A stretch of DNA of 33,293 nucleotides from Gemmatimonadales bacterium (GTDB taxonomy: Bacteria > Gemmatimonadota > Gemmatimonadetes > Gemmatimonadales > GWC2-71-9): the NCBI GenBank assembly GCA_035707845.1, contig DASSTP010000028.1, positions 1 through 33,293 of the forward strand. Direction: 5' to 3'. Below are positions 9,337-16,954 of this stretch, piece after piece. A program made the position numbers and the translations under genes. How positions within the stretch are numbered: position 1 is the first letter of the stretch; the number at the start of each line of letters is the position of its first letter. The notes below the pieces were generated by a model. The model was not told where the DNA came from. It saw only the letters and a list, made by a program, of their open reading frames with translations, and made no database searches.

Positions 9337-12222
9337 TCAGAAGTCGAGTTGCATGCCGAGCTGCAGCTTCCTGGGATCACTCACAATGCAGTTGGCCAGG
9401 CCGAACCCGGGATCGGGTTCATTGCTGCCGGTGATGATCTGGGTGTTGTAGCAGCCCAGATTCTGGAAATTGAACACGTTGAACACATCGGCCGTCACAC
9501 CCAGCGTGGCGCCGCCGAAGTTGGGGAAGTCCTTGCGGAGCCGGAGATCCACCCGCTTGTACATGCGCCCGCGGGCCTGGCCGAGAACGACATTGCGCCC
9601 GTTGGCATTGGAGACACTGTCAAAGACCTGACCTGACGCAAAGGTAGCCAGGCCGCTGAACTGAATGCCAAACAGGTAGGGCACATCAACGATCCAGTTG
9701 GCCACGACGCGGTGTGGCTGGTCGGTGGGCGTCGGATGGCGGGGCTGCAGCGCCACCTGCGGGAAGGAAAAGAGGTCATTGCCTTCGCGCTCGGCCTTGG
9801 ACAGCGTGTAGTTGATGCCGGCACCCCAGCCGAAGTCGCCGATGCGCCGATACGGCCGGTCGATCTGCAACTGCATCGCGTCATACCAGGTCCGCACGCT
9901 GTTGTTCCCGACGAGCACGTTCTGGTACGGAAGGCCGCCGACACTGTTACAGCAGTTGTGGTCGTCATTCAGGGTGACGTTGGCCCATTCGAACGTAAAG
10001 CCGTTCCTGCTCCGTGTTCCGGTATAGGCCACCGACCCGTTCCACGTCCCGAAGTTCTGCCGGAATCCGACGTTCCACTGATAGGACTTGGGCGGCTTCA
10101 TGTCGTTCGGGAGCAGGAACACCTCCTGCGGCGGCGCATGGCCGGAGGCAATGACGCTTTCGAGACCTTCCCGGCTCATGAGCGACGGGTCGAACTTCAG
10201 CGTATCCCCGTGTGCCACCGAATCGAAGTTGAAGGTGTACTGCGGGTGCTGCCGCCGATAGGTCTCGTCGATGAAGTTGTTGAAGGGAATGCGGTCATAG
10301 AAGATGCCGAAGCCGCCGAAGAGCACGGTATTCCCCGCGTCGTCGATCGCGTAGGAGGCGCCGAGCCGAGGCTGGATCGCGCCGGTGAAGGCCTTGCGAT
10401 CATTGCCGTCGGTGAAGTACCGCGAGGGATCGATGTCCACGAACAGATCGTTCCGGACTGCCGTCAGCGAATCGACGACGGGCTGCGGTGTCACGTAGTC
10501 CAGGTTGTACCCGCCCGATTCGTAGTCCCACCGAACGCCGAGGTTCAGGGTCAGCCGTGAAGTGGGCGACCAGTCATCCTGCGCGTAGACGCCGAACTCG
10601 CCGTTGGAGCCCTTGATGTCGCCATCGCCAAAGCCGAACAGCGCCTGGAACGGGGCGGAGAAATCATTGCGGTCGTCGAAAATGAACAGCGGATTCTCGT
10701 TGAGCTGCTTGTTCAGGTCATACTTCAGGCGGTCGTAATTCACGCCAATCTTGATGGCATGCTGGCCGTTCCAGCGAAAGCCGGTGTAGGTGAAGTCGTC
10801 CCGCAGCGAGAGGCGCCGCTGCGTGATATCCTGCCGGCTGTCCCGTCCGCCGATGCGGCCGATCCCGTTGTACTGCCGGCCGACCACGTCAAAGTTGAAC
10901 GGCTGCGGATTCCACTGGTACCACTGGTAATTCACGGACGCCTCGTTGACCCAGTCGTTGCCGAAATAGGAATGCTTGATGCCGCCGTTGATGATGTTGT
11001 TCCGGAAGTCCTCTCCCGCCTCGAATGCCACATCCGGCCCGGCCCCCTGGTTGCCGAAGCCCCGCTCTTCGGTCTCCTTGCGCCAGTTGCCGTTGATCTC
11101 CAGCAGCTGATTGTCACTCATGTTGTAGGTCAGCTTGCCGAAGAACAGGTGTGAGCGAAAGGGGGCGGTATGGACCTCGCCATTGAGCGCCGCCACATCC
11201 GCCGGCCAGACGGCGGGATCGCCGTTGAACCGGGTCACCCCATCGCGGTTCTGGTAGTTGCCCTCGTAGGAGGCGAAGACGAACAGCTTGTCGCGGATGA
11301 TGGGCCCGCCGATGCTCCCGCCGGTCAGGTAGCGGCTGTAGTTGGGCTTCTGGAAATCGGGATTGGAGGCATTGTTGGCACGGGTAAACGTATCCACGGC
11401 CACGAAGCCTTCGCTCTGGAACTCCGTGAACACGCTGCCCTGCCAGGTATTGGTACCTGACTTGGTGGCGGCCGTGATCACGGCGCTCGAGGCCTTCTGG
11501 TACTCTGCCTTGAAGTTGTTGGTGAGCACCCGGTACTCCTGCACCGCGTTACGCGGGAAGGGATTGCCCCGGCTTGCATCCTGTCCGGCGATACCACCAT
11601 TGATCACGTCGTTCTTGTAACTGGCGCCGTCGATGAAGACGTTGATGTTCTCCGCGGGAAGGGCGCCGGACGCGAACGTCTTGCTCGTGCCATCAACCCG
11701 GTCCTCGGTCACCTGGACACCCGGGGCCAAGGCGGCGAGGTCCAGGAAGTTGCGGCTGGGCGACGGCAACGCCTCGATCTGCTGCGGCGTGACGTTGGTG
11801 GCGATCTCCGACGTCTTCATTTCCGTGGCTGGCGCGCTCACCACCGTGATCTCTTCCAGCTGCACGGTGGTGGCCGCGAGGCGGAAGTTGAGCGTCAGCG
11901 TCTGGCCGATCTGCAGCCGCAGTTGCCGGGCCTCCGGTGCGTAGCCAATGCCACGCGCCTCCACCCGGTATTCGCCTGGCTGAAGGCTCGCCAGCACATA
12001 CTGACCTCGCGCATCGGCGGTGGCCATGCGGCGGATGCCGGTGGCCTGCGCGATGGCAGTCACCTGGGCATCACTGATGGGAGTACCGCTCGAATCGGTC
12101 AGGAAGCCGGTGATCCGGCCCGTGGATGTCTGGGCGCGAAGCGTCGGCGCCACGAGGAGCGCTCCGATCATGCCGAGTGCGATGAGACACGTGGTCGTGC
12201 GGACCAATGGCGGGGATCTCAT
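9337..12222 (-). CDS. TonB-dependent outer-membrane receptor with N-terminal CarboxypepD_reg-like domain
   Basis: 961-aa ORF with signal peptide ...APTLRA/QT. It has the carboxypeptidase-regulatory-like segment GRITGFLTDSSGTPISDAQVTA...GEYRVEARGIGY, a beta-barrel-like body, and a C-terminal LQLGMQLDF ending in an aromatic residue. Its ATG forms ATGA with the lacI stop (12219-12222). Confidence 0.9.
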   Translation of the reverse strand: MRSPPLVRTTTCLIALGMIGALLVAPTLRAQTSTGRITGFLTDSSGTPISDAQVTAIAQATGIRRMATADARGQYVLASLQPGEYRVEARGIGYAPEARQLRLQIGQTLTLNFRLAATTVQLEEITVVSAPATEMKTSEIATNVTPQQIEALPSPSRNFLDLAALAPGVQVTEDRVDGTSKTFASGALPAENINVFIDGASYKNDVINGGIAGQDASRGNPFPRNAVQEYRVLTNNFKAEYQKASSAVITAATKSGTNTWQGSVFTEFQSEGFVAVDTFTRANNASNPDFQKPNYSRYLTGGSIGGPIIRDKLFVFASYEGNYQNRDGVTRFNGDPAVWPADVAALNGEVHTAPFRSHLFFGKLTYNMSDNQLLEINGNWRKETEERGFGNQGAGPDVAFEAGEDFRNNIINGGIKHSYFGNDWVNEASVNYQWYQWNPQPFNFDVVGRQYNGIGRIGGRDSRQDITQRRLSLRDDFTYTGFRWNGQHAIKIGVNYDRLKYDLNKQLNENPLFIFDDRNDFSAPFQALFGFGDGDIKGSNGEFGVYAQDDWSPTSRLTLNLGVRWDYESGGYNLDYVTPQPVVDSLTAVRNDLFVDIDPSRYFTDGNDRKAFTGAIQPRLGASYAIDDAGNTVLFGGFGIFYDRIPFNNFIDETYRRQHPQYTFNFDSVAHGDTLKFDPSLMSREGLESVIASGHAPPQEVFLLPNDMKPPKSYQWNVGFRQNFGTWNGSVAYTGTRSRNGFTFEWANVTLNDDHNCCNSVGGLPYQNVLVGNNSVRTWYDAMQLQIDRPYRRIGDFGWGAGINYTLSKAEREGNDLFSFPQVALQPRHPTPTDQPHRVVANWIVDVPYLFGIQFSGLATFASGQVFDSVSNANGRNVVLGQARGRMYKRVDLRLRKDFPNFGGATLGVTADVFNVFNFQNLGCYNTQIITGSNEPDPGFGLANCIVSDPRKLQLGMQLDF

Positions 12223-13247
12223 GACGGTTCCTCCGAAGAACGGGGTGCAACGTCAGCCCGGCTGCCACAGGAGCGCCGGATGACCAGGGACGTGGGTACG
12301 ACACTGCGGAATGCCTGATTACGGTCCGGCGACTGCAGCAACAGGAAGAGGCGCTCGGCGGCGCGAGCCCCGAGCGCGCTGATGTCCACTCGAACGGTGG
12401 TGAGCGGCGGCTCAAGGTATTGCGCCGTGGGAATGTCATCGAAGCCGGCCACGGCGATGTCGCCGGGGATCTCGAGGCCCGCGCTGCGGAGGGCGCTCAT
12501 GGCGCCAAGGGCCATGGAGTCATTGAGCGCAAAGACCGCGGTGGGCCGGGGTGCCATGGCGGCGAGCCGCACGCCCGCGGCATAACCCGATTCCTCGGTA
12601 AAATCCCCCGCCAGCTCGAGCGCCGGGTCGGGCGCGATGCCAGCCTCCCGGAGTGCGGTCCGGAACCCTTCGAGGCGCTCCTGCACATCGAGGTTCTCGC
12701 TCCCACCGGTGATGACCGCGATCCGGCGATGCCCCAGGAAGAGCAGGTGGCGGCCCATGGCCAGCGCGCCCGCATGATTGGCCACCATGATGGCATCGAC
12801 ACCCGAGCCGTTGGCACCGGCGCCGATCCGCACCACCGGCAGGCGCCCGACCAGCGGCTGCATGGCCGGATGCGGCTCGGTGGTCAGCACCAGCAGGCCG
12901 TCCACCCGGCCTCGCATCAGCTGCAGCGCCGCCCGCACTTCCTCGGCGCTCGAGTGGGAGCTGGACACCAGGATGTGGTAGCCCCGGGAGCGCGCCGACA
13001 TGTCCACCCCGCGGATGATCTCGGAGAAGAACTCGCCGTGCAGATCGGGCAGGATGACGCCGATGGTGGAGGTGCGGCGAGTGATGAGGCTGCGCGCGGT
13101 GGCGTGGGGGACATACCCGAGCCTGGTGCCGACGCGCTGCACGTGGGCGCGCGTCTCGTCGGCGACCGAGAGAGCATCGTTGTAGACGCGGGAGACCGTC
13201 GCGATGGAGACCCCGGCCTCACGCGCCACATCCTTGATGGTGACCAT
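12219..13247 (-). CDS. LacI-family transcriptional repressor, first gene of the sugar operon
   Basis: 342-aa ORF with N-terminal HTH MVTIKDVAREAGVSIATVSRVYN followed by a periplasmic-binding-protein-like sugar-binding core. Confidence 0.93.
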   Translation of the reverse strand: MVTIKDVAREAGVSIATVSRVYNDALSVADETRAHVQRVGTRLGYVPHATARSLITRRTSTIGVILPDLHGEFFSEIIRGVDMSARSRGYHILVSSSHSSAEEVRAALQLMRGRVDGLLVLTTEPHPAMQPLVGRLPVVRIGAGANGSGVDAIMVANHAGALAMGRHLLFLGHRRIAVITGGSENLDVQERLEGFRTALREAGIAPDPALELAGDFTEESGYAAGVRLAAMAPRPTAVFALNDSMALGAMSALRSAGLEIPGDIAVAGFDDIPTAQYLEPPLTTVRVDISALGARAAERLFLLLQSPDRNQAFRSVVPTSLVIRRSCGSRADVAPRSSEEPS

Positions 13248-13279
13248 GCCGGCCCCGTCAGGATCGGGAGGAGCGATCG

Positions 13280-13295
13280 ATGTAAACGTTTACAT
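13280..13295. promoter_or_regulatory. Candidate LacI-family operator: perfect 16-bp palindrome ATGTAAACGTTTACAT
   Basis: Read directly from the sequence. It has the central CG and the TGTAAACGTTTACA core typical of LacI/GalR/CcpA-type operators. It lies 32 nt upstream of the lacI ATG and 12 nt downstream of a TTGACA box. Confidence 0.6.
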
Positions 13296-13307
13296 GGCAG
13301 GGCGGGA

Positions 13308-13313
13308 TGTCAA
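13308..13313 (-). promoter_or_regulatory. Candidate -35 box (TTGACA on the minus strand) of the lacI-headed operon
   Basis: This is a perfect sigma70-type -35 hexamer. A -10 at 16-18 nt spacing would fall inside the operator palindrome, and no good TATAAT-like -10 is identifiable. Confidence 0.4.
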
Positions 13314-13317
13314 GAGA

Positions 13318-13380
13318 GGGACTAGGGGTCAGGGACTAGGGACGAGGGGTCAGGGAGTCAGGGAGTCAGGGAGTCAGGGG
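13318..13380. repeat. G-tract tandem array: GGGACTAGGGGTCA-type units, then 4 x GTCAGGG(A/G) octamers (13349-13380)
   Basis: Direct reading gives nine GGG/GGGG tracts separated by 3-5-nt loops on the plus strand. The array ends 5 nt upstream of the -35 box. Confidence 0.9.
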
Positions 13381-13409
13381 CGGAGAGTAGGCACTCACGT
13401 CGCCGAGGA

Positions 13410-13490
13410 CCAGCGATCAGCAGCAGGCAGCACCCAGCGATCAGCAGCGGCCAGCGGCCAGCAGCGCTCAGCGCTGAGCGTTCAGCGCCT
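13410..13490. repeat. CAGC-rich heptamer array, with 15-nt direct repeat CCAGCGATCAGCAGC (13410-13424, 13434-13448), (GGCCAGC)x2 and (AGCGYTN)x4
   Basis: Direct reading. It contains a perfect 16-bp palindrome CGCTCAGCGCTGAGCG (13465-13480) that includes the cmk stop codon (13468-13470). The array extends about 7 codons into cmk. Confidence 0.85.
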
Positions 13491-14187
13491 GCCGCGCCCA
13501 CTCCACGATCCGCTCCACCTGCTCGTCGAAGGTCAGGGCAGAGGTGTCCAGCAGGCGGGCATCACCGGCTTGGCGAAGCGGCGCGACGGCGCGGGTGCTG
13601 TCGGCCTGGTCGCGGGCGGCGAGCAAGGCCGCCTCTCGTTCGACCTCGGCCTCGGAACCACCTTCACCGCGCTGCCTAACTCGCCGCTGAGCACGTACTT
13701 CAGGACTTGCGGTGAGAAATACCTTGAGGTCAGCTTCGGGAAAGACGATGGTGCCAATGTCCCGGCCATCCACCACCACATCGCGCCCCACGCGCACCAG
13801 TTCACGCAGATGGGCGTTCACCCACTCGCGCACCTGCGGGTCGGCGCTGACCTCACTGACGTGACGGGTGACCTCGGGCAGCCGGATCACGTCGTCCACT
13901 GGATCGCCTTCGAGGTAGGCGGCAAAGCCGGCCCCGTCCGGATGCAGCACCAGCCCGCGCTCCTCGGCCGTCCTGAGGATCGCTTCGGGGCCGAGCGCCA
14001 GGACGCTCGCGTGCACCTCCCCGCCGCGTCGCATCGCCTCCCGCAGCGCCACCAGCGTCACGCCCCGGTACAATGCGCCGGAGTCGAGGTGGGCAAAGCC
14101 GAGCCGCTGCGCCACGGCGCGGGCAGTGCTCGACTTGCCCGAGGCGGACGGGCCATCGATCGCGATCACGGCGCCAGTCCGGGTCAT
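13468..14187 (-). CDS. cmk: Cytidylate kinase
   Basis: The track ORF extends to 14247. I prefer ATG 14187 (MTRTGAVIAIDGPSASGKSSTARAVAQRLGFAHLDSGALYR), which forms ATGA with the aroA stop. P-loop GPSASGKS is present, and the aroA-cmk order is conserved. Confidence 0.92.
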   Translation of the reverse strand: MTRTGAVIAIDGPSASGKSSTARAVAQRLGFAHLDSGALYRGVTLVALREAMRRGGEVHASVLALGPEAILRTAEERGLVLHPDGAGFAAYLEGDPVDDVIRLPEVTRHVSEVSADPQVREWVNAHLRELVRVGRDVVVDGRDIGTIVFPEADLKVFLTASPEVRAQRRVRQRGEGGSEAEVEREAALLAARDQADSTRAVAPLRQAGDARLLDTSALTFDEQVERIVEWARQALNAQR

Positions 14188-15449
14188 CGCGGCCCCAGGA
14201 TGGACACGAGCACCCGCTCGAAGCGCGGGAAGCTGACGTCGGCGCATTTCATGTCATCAATACGGACCTGTGCTCCCGCCACCGTGCCGAGCACCCGGAA
14301 GGCCATCGCGATCCGGTGATCGCCGTCGGTCCGGACCCGGCCGCGGGGCGGAGTGGCGGTGCCCTCGATCACGAGGTCGTCGCCGTCAACCTGGGCCCGC
14401 TGCCCCAGGGCGGTGAGGTTCGACGCCAGCAGGCCGAGGCGGTCGCTCTCCTTTACCCGAAGCTCGCCCACGGAGCAGAACCGCGTCTCTCCGCGCGCAC
14501 GCGCCGCGAGCACGGCCAGCATCGGCACCTCGTCCACCAGGCCGGGAATCTCGCTCGCGGAGACCACGGTGCCACTGAGCGCTGCCGGCGAAACCAGGAG
14601 TGTACCGACTGGTTCACCCATCTGCTCGCGTTGGTCCTCGACCGGAATGGCCGCCCCCATGCGCTCGAGGACCGACAGGAATCCGGTCCTGGTCGGGTTG
14701 AGTCCTACGCCGGGCAGGGTAAGCGTGCCGCCGTCCGCCAGCACGGCCGCGCCCACCAGAAATGCAGCCGAAGATGGATCCGCTGGCACGTCGAACTCGA
14801 AGGGCCGGAAGGTTCCGCCCGCCCTGAACTCGATTCGGCCCGCGCTGGTGCGCACATCAAAGCCAAGCGCACGCAGCATGCGCTCGGTGTGGTCGCGCGA
14901 GAGGCCGCCCGGTTCCCGAAGCGAGACATCGACGCCGCCGCACGCGCCAGCGAGGAGGAGCGCGCTCTTCACCTGGGCACTCGAAACCGGGAGATCATAG
15001 CGCAAGGCCCTGAGCCGCCCCCCGGTCAGCCGGAACGGCAGCCGATCGGCGTCGGCTGGGTCGAAGCGCGCTCCCATCTGGCCCAGCGGGACTGTGATTC
15101 GGCGCATCGGCCGCCGCCGCAGTGACGCGTCGCCGGTGAGGCGGACGGCCAGCGGCTGGGCTGCCAGGATGCCGGCCATCAGCCGGGCGGTGGTTCCCGC
15201 ATTGCCGCAGTGCAGCGTCTCGCCGGGTCGGCGCAGGCGGCCCCGCACCCGGATGCGGACCTCGGCGCCCGGCCGGAGCGGCGACACGTCGGCGCCGAGC
15301 TGCCGCAGGACCCGGGCACTGGAGCGGGCATCGAGCGAGGTGAGGGCTCCCCGCACTACGCTCTCACCGGCCGCCAGGGCGGCCAGCATCAGTGCGCGAT
15401 GCGTAATACTCTTGTCACCCGGGACGCGAACACTGCCACCGACGTACAT
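14184..15449 (-). CDS. aroA: 3-phosphoshikimate 1-carboxyvinyltransferase (EPSP synthase)
   Basis: 421-aa ORF with VRVPGDKSITHRALMLAALAAGES near the N-terminus and a typical EPSPS length and layout. Confidence 0.95.
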   Translation of the reverse strand: MYVGGSVRVPGDKSITHRALMLAALAAGESVVRGALTSLDARSSARVLRQLGADVSPLRPGAEVRIRVRGRLRRPGETLHCGNAGTTARLMAGILAAQPLAVRLTGDASLRRRPMRRITVPLGQMGARFDPADADRLPFRLTGGRLRALRYDLPVSSAQVKSALLLAGACGGVDVSLREPGGLSRDHTERMLRALGFDVRTSAGRIEFRAGGTFRPFEFDVPADPSSAAFLVGAAVLADGGTLTLPGVGLNPTRTGFLSVLERMGAAIPVEDQREQMGEPVGTLLVSPAALSGTVVSASEIPGLVDEVPMLAVLAARARGETRFCSVGELRVKESDRLGLLASNLTALGQRAQVDGDDLVIEGTATPPRGRVRTDGDHRIAMAFRVLGTVAGAQVRIDDMKCADVSFPRFERVLVSILGPR

Positions 15450-15512
15450 AGGCCTGCCGGGAGGGGGATCTGGGGCATCGGCGTTGCCGATGGACTGGCA
15501 GGATTGTAGTTA

Positions 15513-15926
15513 TTGACTGCCGCCCTAACAACGGAGCCCGGTCTGGCCACCATCCTGATCGTCGAGGACAGCCCCGATAACATGAAGCTGTTCTCCACCC
15601 TGCTGACGCTGCGCGGCCACCACGTCGTCGGGCTGTCGGGCGGCGAGGGCCTGTTCGAGGCGCTGGAGCGCACGGCGCCCGACCTTGTGCTGATGGACAT
15701 CCAGCTCCCCGGCCGGGACGGTTTTGCGCTGCTGCAGGATATTCGGGCCTCGGGCCATCGGGACCGGCGAGTCATCGCGCTGACAGCGCATGCCATGAGC
15801 GGCGACCGTGAGCGCGCCCTCGCCGCGGGCTTCAGTGGCTATATCACGAAACCGATCGATATTCGCACCTTTCCTGCCGAGGTTGAAGCCGCCTTGCCGT
15901 CCGGAGGGTCTTCGCATGCCCCCTGA
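15513..15926 (+). CDS. Stand-alone CheY-like response regulator (receiver domain only)
   Basis: It has ILIVEDSPDN, the phospho-acceptor context LVLMDIQLPGRDG, ALTAHAM and YITKPID. The track start TTG 15513 has no SD. CTG 15543 preceded by GGAG (15533-15536, 6-nt spacing) would give MATILIVED, so the start is uncertain. Confidence 0.88.
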   Translation: MTAALTTEPGLATILIVEDSPDNMKLFSTLLTLRGHHVVGLSGGEGLFEALERTAPDLVLMDIQLPGRDGFALLQDIRASGHRDRRVIALTAHAMSGDRERALAAGFSGYITKPIDIRTFPAEVEAALPSGGSSHAP

Positions 15927-16398
15927 ACCGTCAGCCGAGAAGCGCGCGCTGCTGGAGGCCTACGAGGCCGCGCTCCAGCAACCGTCCCGTTTCGCGAGCG
16001 GGCCCTCGCCGAAGCGCCCCTTCGGCTTCCTGACCGTCATCAGCGTGCTGGCGCTCGTGGCCATCGGCGCCTGGCTCTTTGCGAAGCGCCCCGACTGGGT
16101 GTTTGCGCGGGGCCGGCCGCCCCAGTCAGCAGCTATCCGCGAGGCGAGCCTCCGGCTCGCGATGGCCGCGCAATACGAGCGCATCGAACGGTTCCGCGAC
16201 AGCGCAGGGCACCTGCCCACGCGGCTCGCCGACCTGGGCCAGGTGACCGGCAACCTGACGTATACCACCACGCAGTTCGGGGGGTTCGTGCTGGAGGGCG
16301 CCGATTCGACGCTGCAGCTCACGCTTCGGTCGGATGATTCCCTGCGCACGTTCGTGGGGAACAGTTATGAAGTCGTCAGCCGGCGGGGGGCACCATGA
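15916..16398 (+). CDS. Hypothetical single-pass membrane protein (160 aa)
   Basis: The track ORF starts at 15808, inside the regulator gene. I prefer ATG 15916 with GGAGG (15903-15907) upstream. It has one hydrophobic span, FGFLTVISVLALVAIGAWLFA, and no motif I recognise. Confidence 0.6.
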   Translation: MPPEPSAEKRALLEAYEAALQQPSRFASGPSPKRPFGFLTVISVLALVAIGAWLFAKRPDWVFARGRPPQSAAIREASLRLAMAAQYERIERFRDSAGHLPTRLADLGQVTGNLTYTTTQFGGFVLEGADSTLQLTLRSDDSLRTFVGNSYEVVSRRGAP

Positions 16399-16859
16399 CT
16401 CGGCGCGGCTACACCATCATCGAGCTCCTGATGGTCATGATCGTGATCGGCATTCTCGCCGCCCTCGGCATCCTGCGCTATATCGACCTGCGCCAGCATG
16501 CGGAAGTGGCAAGCATCGTGAGCGACCTCAACAATGTCCGGCTGGGCGCCTACAACTACTGGGCCGACAAGAACGCATTCCCGCCCGATGCGGCGCCGGG
16601 GCTGATGCCCGCCGGCATGGAGCCGTACATGCGCGCCGGTTTCCGTTTCGATGATTCGAATTACACGCTTGACTGGGAAAATTTCCAGGGGCCGGGCGGT
16701 TCGAGCGGGGGTGGCGGGATGCAGGTGGGGGTCGTGGTGACGGCTCCCAGCAGCCACCTGCTGGACCTGCTCGCGCGCCGCACCGGCGGGAGCCTGCCCT
16801 TCTTCATCTCGGGATCGAGCGTGACGTTCATCCTGGTGGGACCGGATGGGGCTATGTAG
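16395..16859 (+). CDS. Type IV pilin / pseudopilin-like protein (prepilin-type N-terminal cleavage/methylation domain)
   Basis: MTRRG/YTIIELLMVMIVIGILAALG is a class III signal with Gly at -1 and Glu at +5, followed by a hydrophobic helix. An ATGA overlap joins it to the upstream gene. Confidence 0.8.
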   Translation: MTRRGYTIIELLMVMIVIGILAALGILRYIDLRQHAEVASIVSDLNNVRLGAYNYWADKNAFPPDAAPGLMPAGMEPYMRAGFRFDDSNYTLDWENFQGPGGSSGGGGMQVGVVVTAPSSHLLDLLARRTGGSLPFFISGSSVTFILVGPDGAM

Positions 16860-16860
16860 G

Positions 16861-16954
16861 GCATGGGGCGTGGGGCATGGGGCGTGGGGCATGGGGCGTG
16901 GGGCGTGAGGAGTCGCGAGTCGCGCGTCCTCCCAAGCCCCACGCCTCACGCCCC
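16861..16954. repeat. (GGGGCRT)n heptamer array, then 2 x AGTCGCG, then an inverted partial copy (CCCCACGCCTCACGCCCC)
   Basis: Six GGGG tracts lie at 16865-68, 72-75, 79-82, 86-89, 93-96 and 16900-03, each separated by CGT or CAT. The left arm (16893-16910) pairs with the right arm (16937-16954) at 16 of 18 positions. The right arm contains the glgX stop codon (16946-16948). Confidence 0.9.

Noticed and set aside
15808-15915. Longer (196-aa) version of the membrane-protein ORF
   Set aside because: The extra 36 codons lie inside the response-regulator gene in another frame. ATG 15916 has a well-placed GGAGG.
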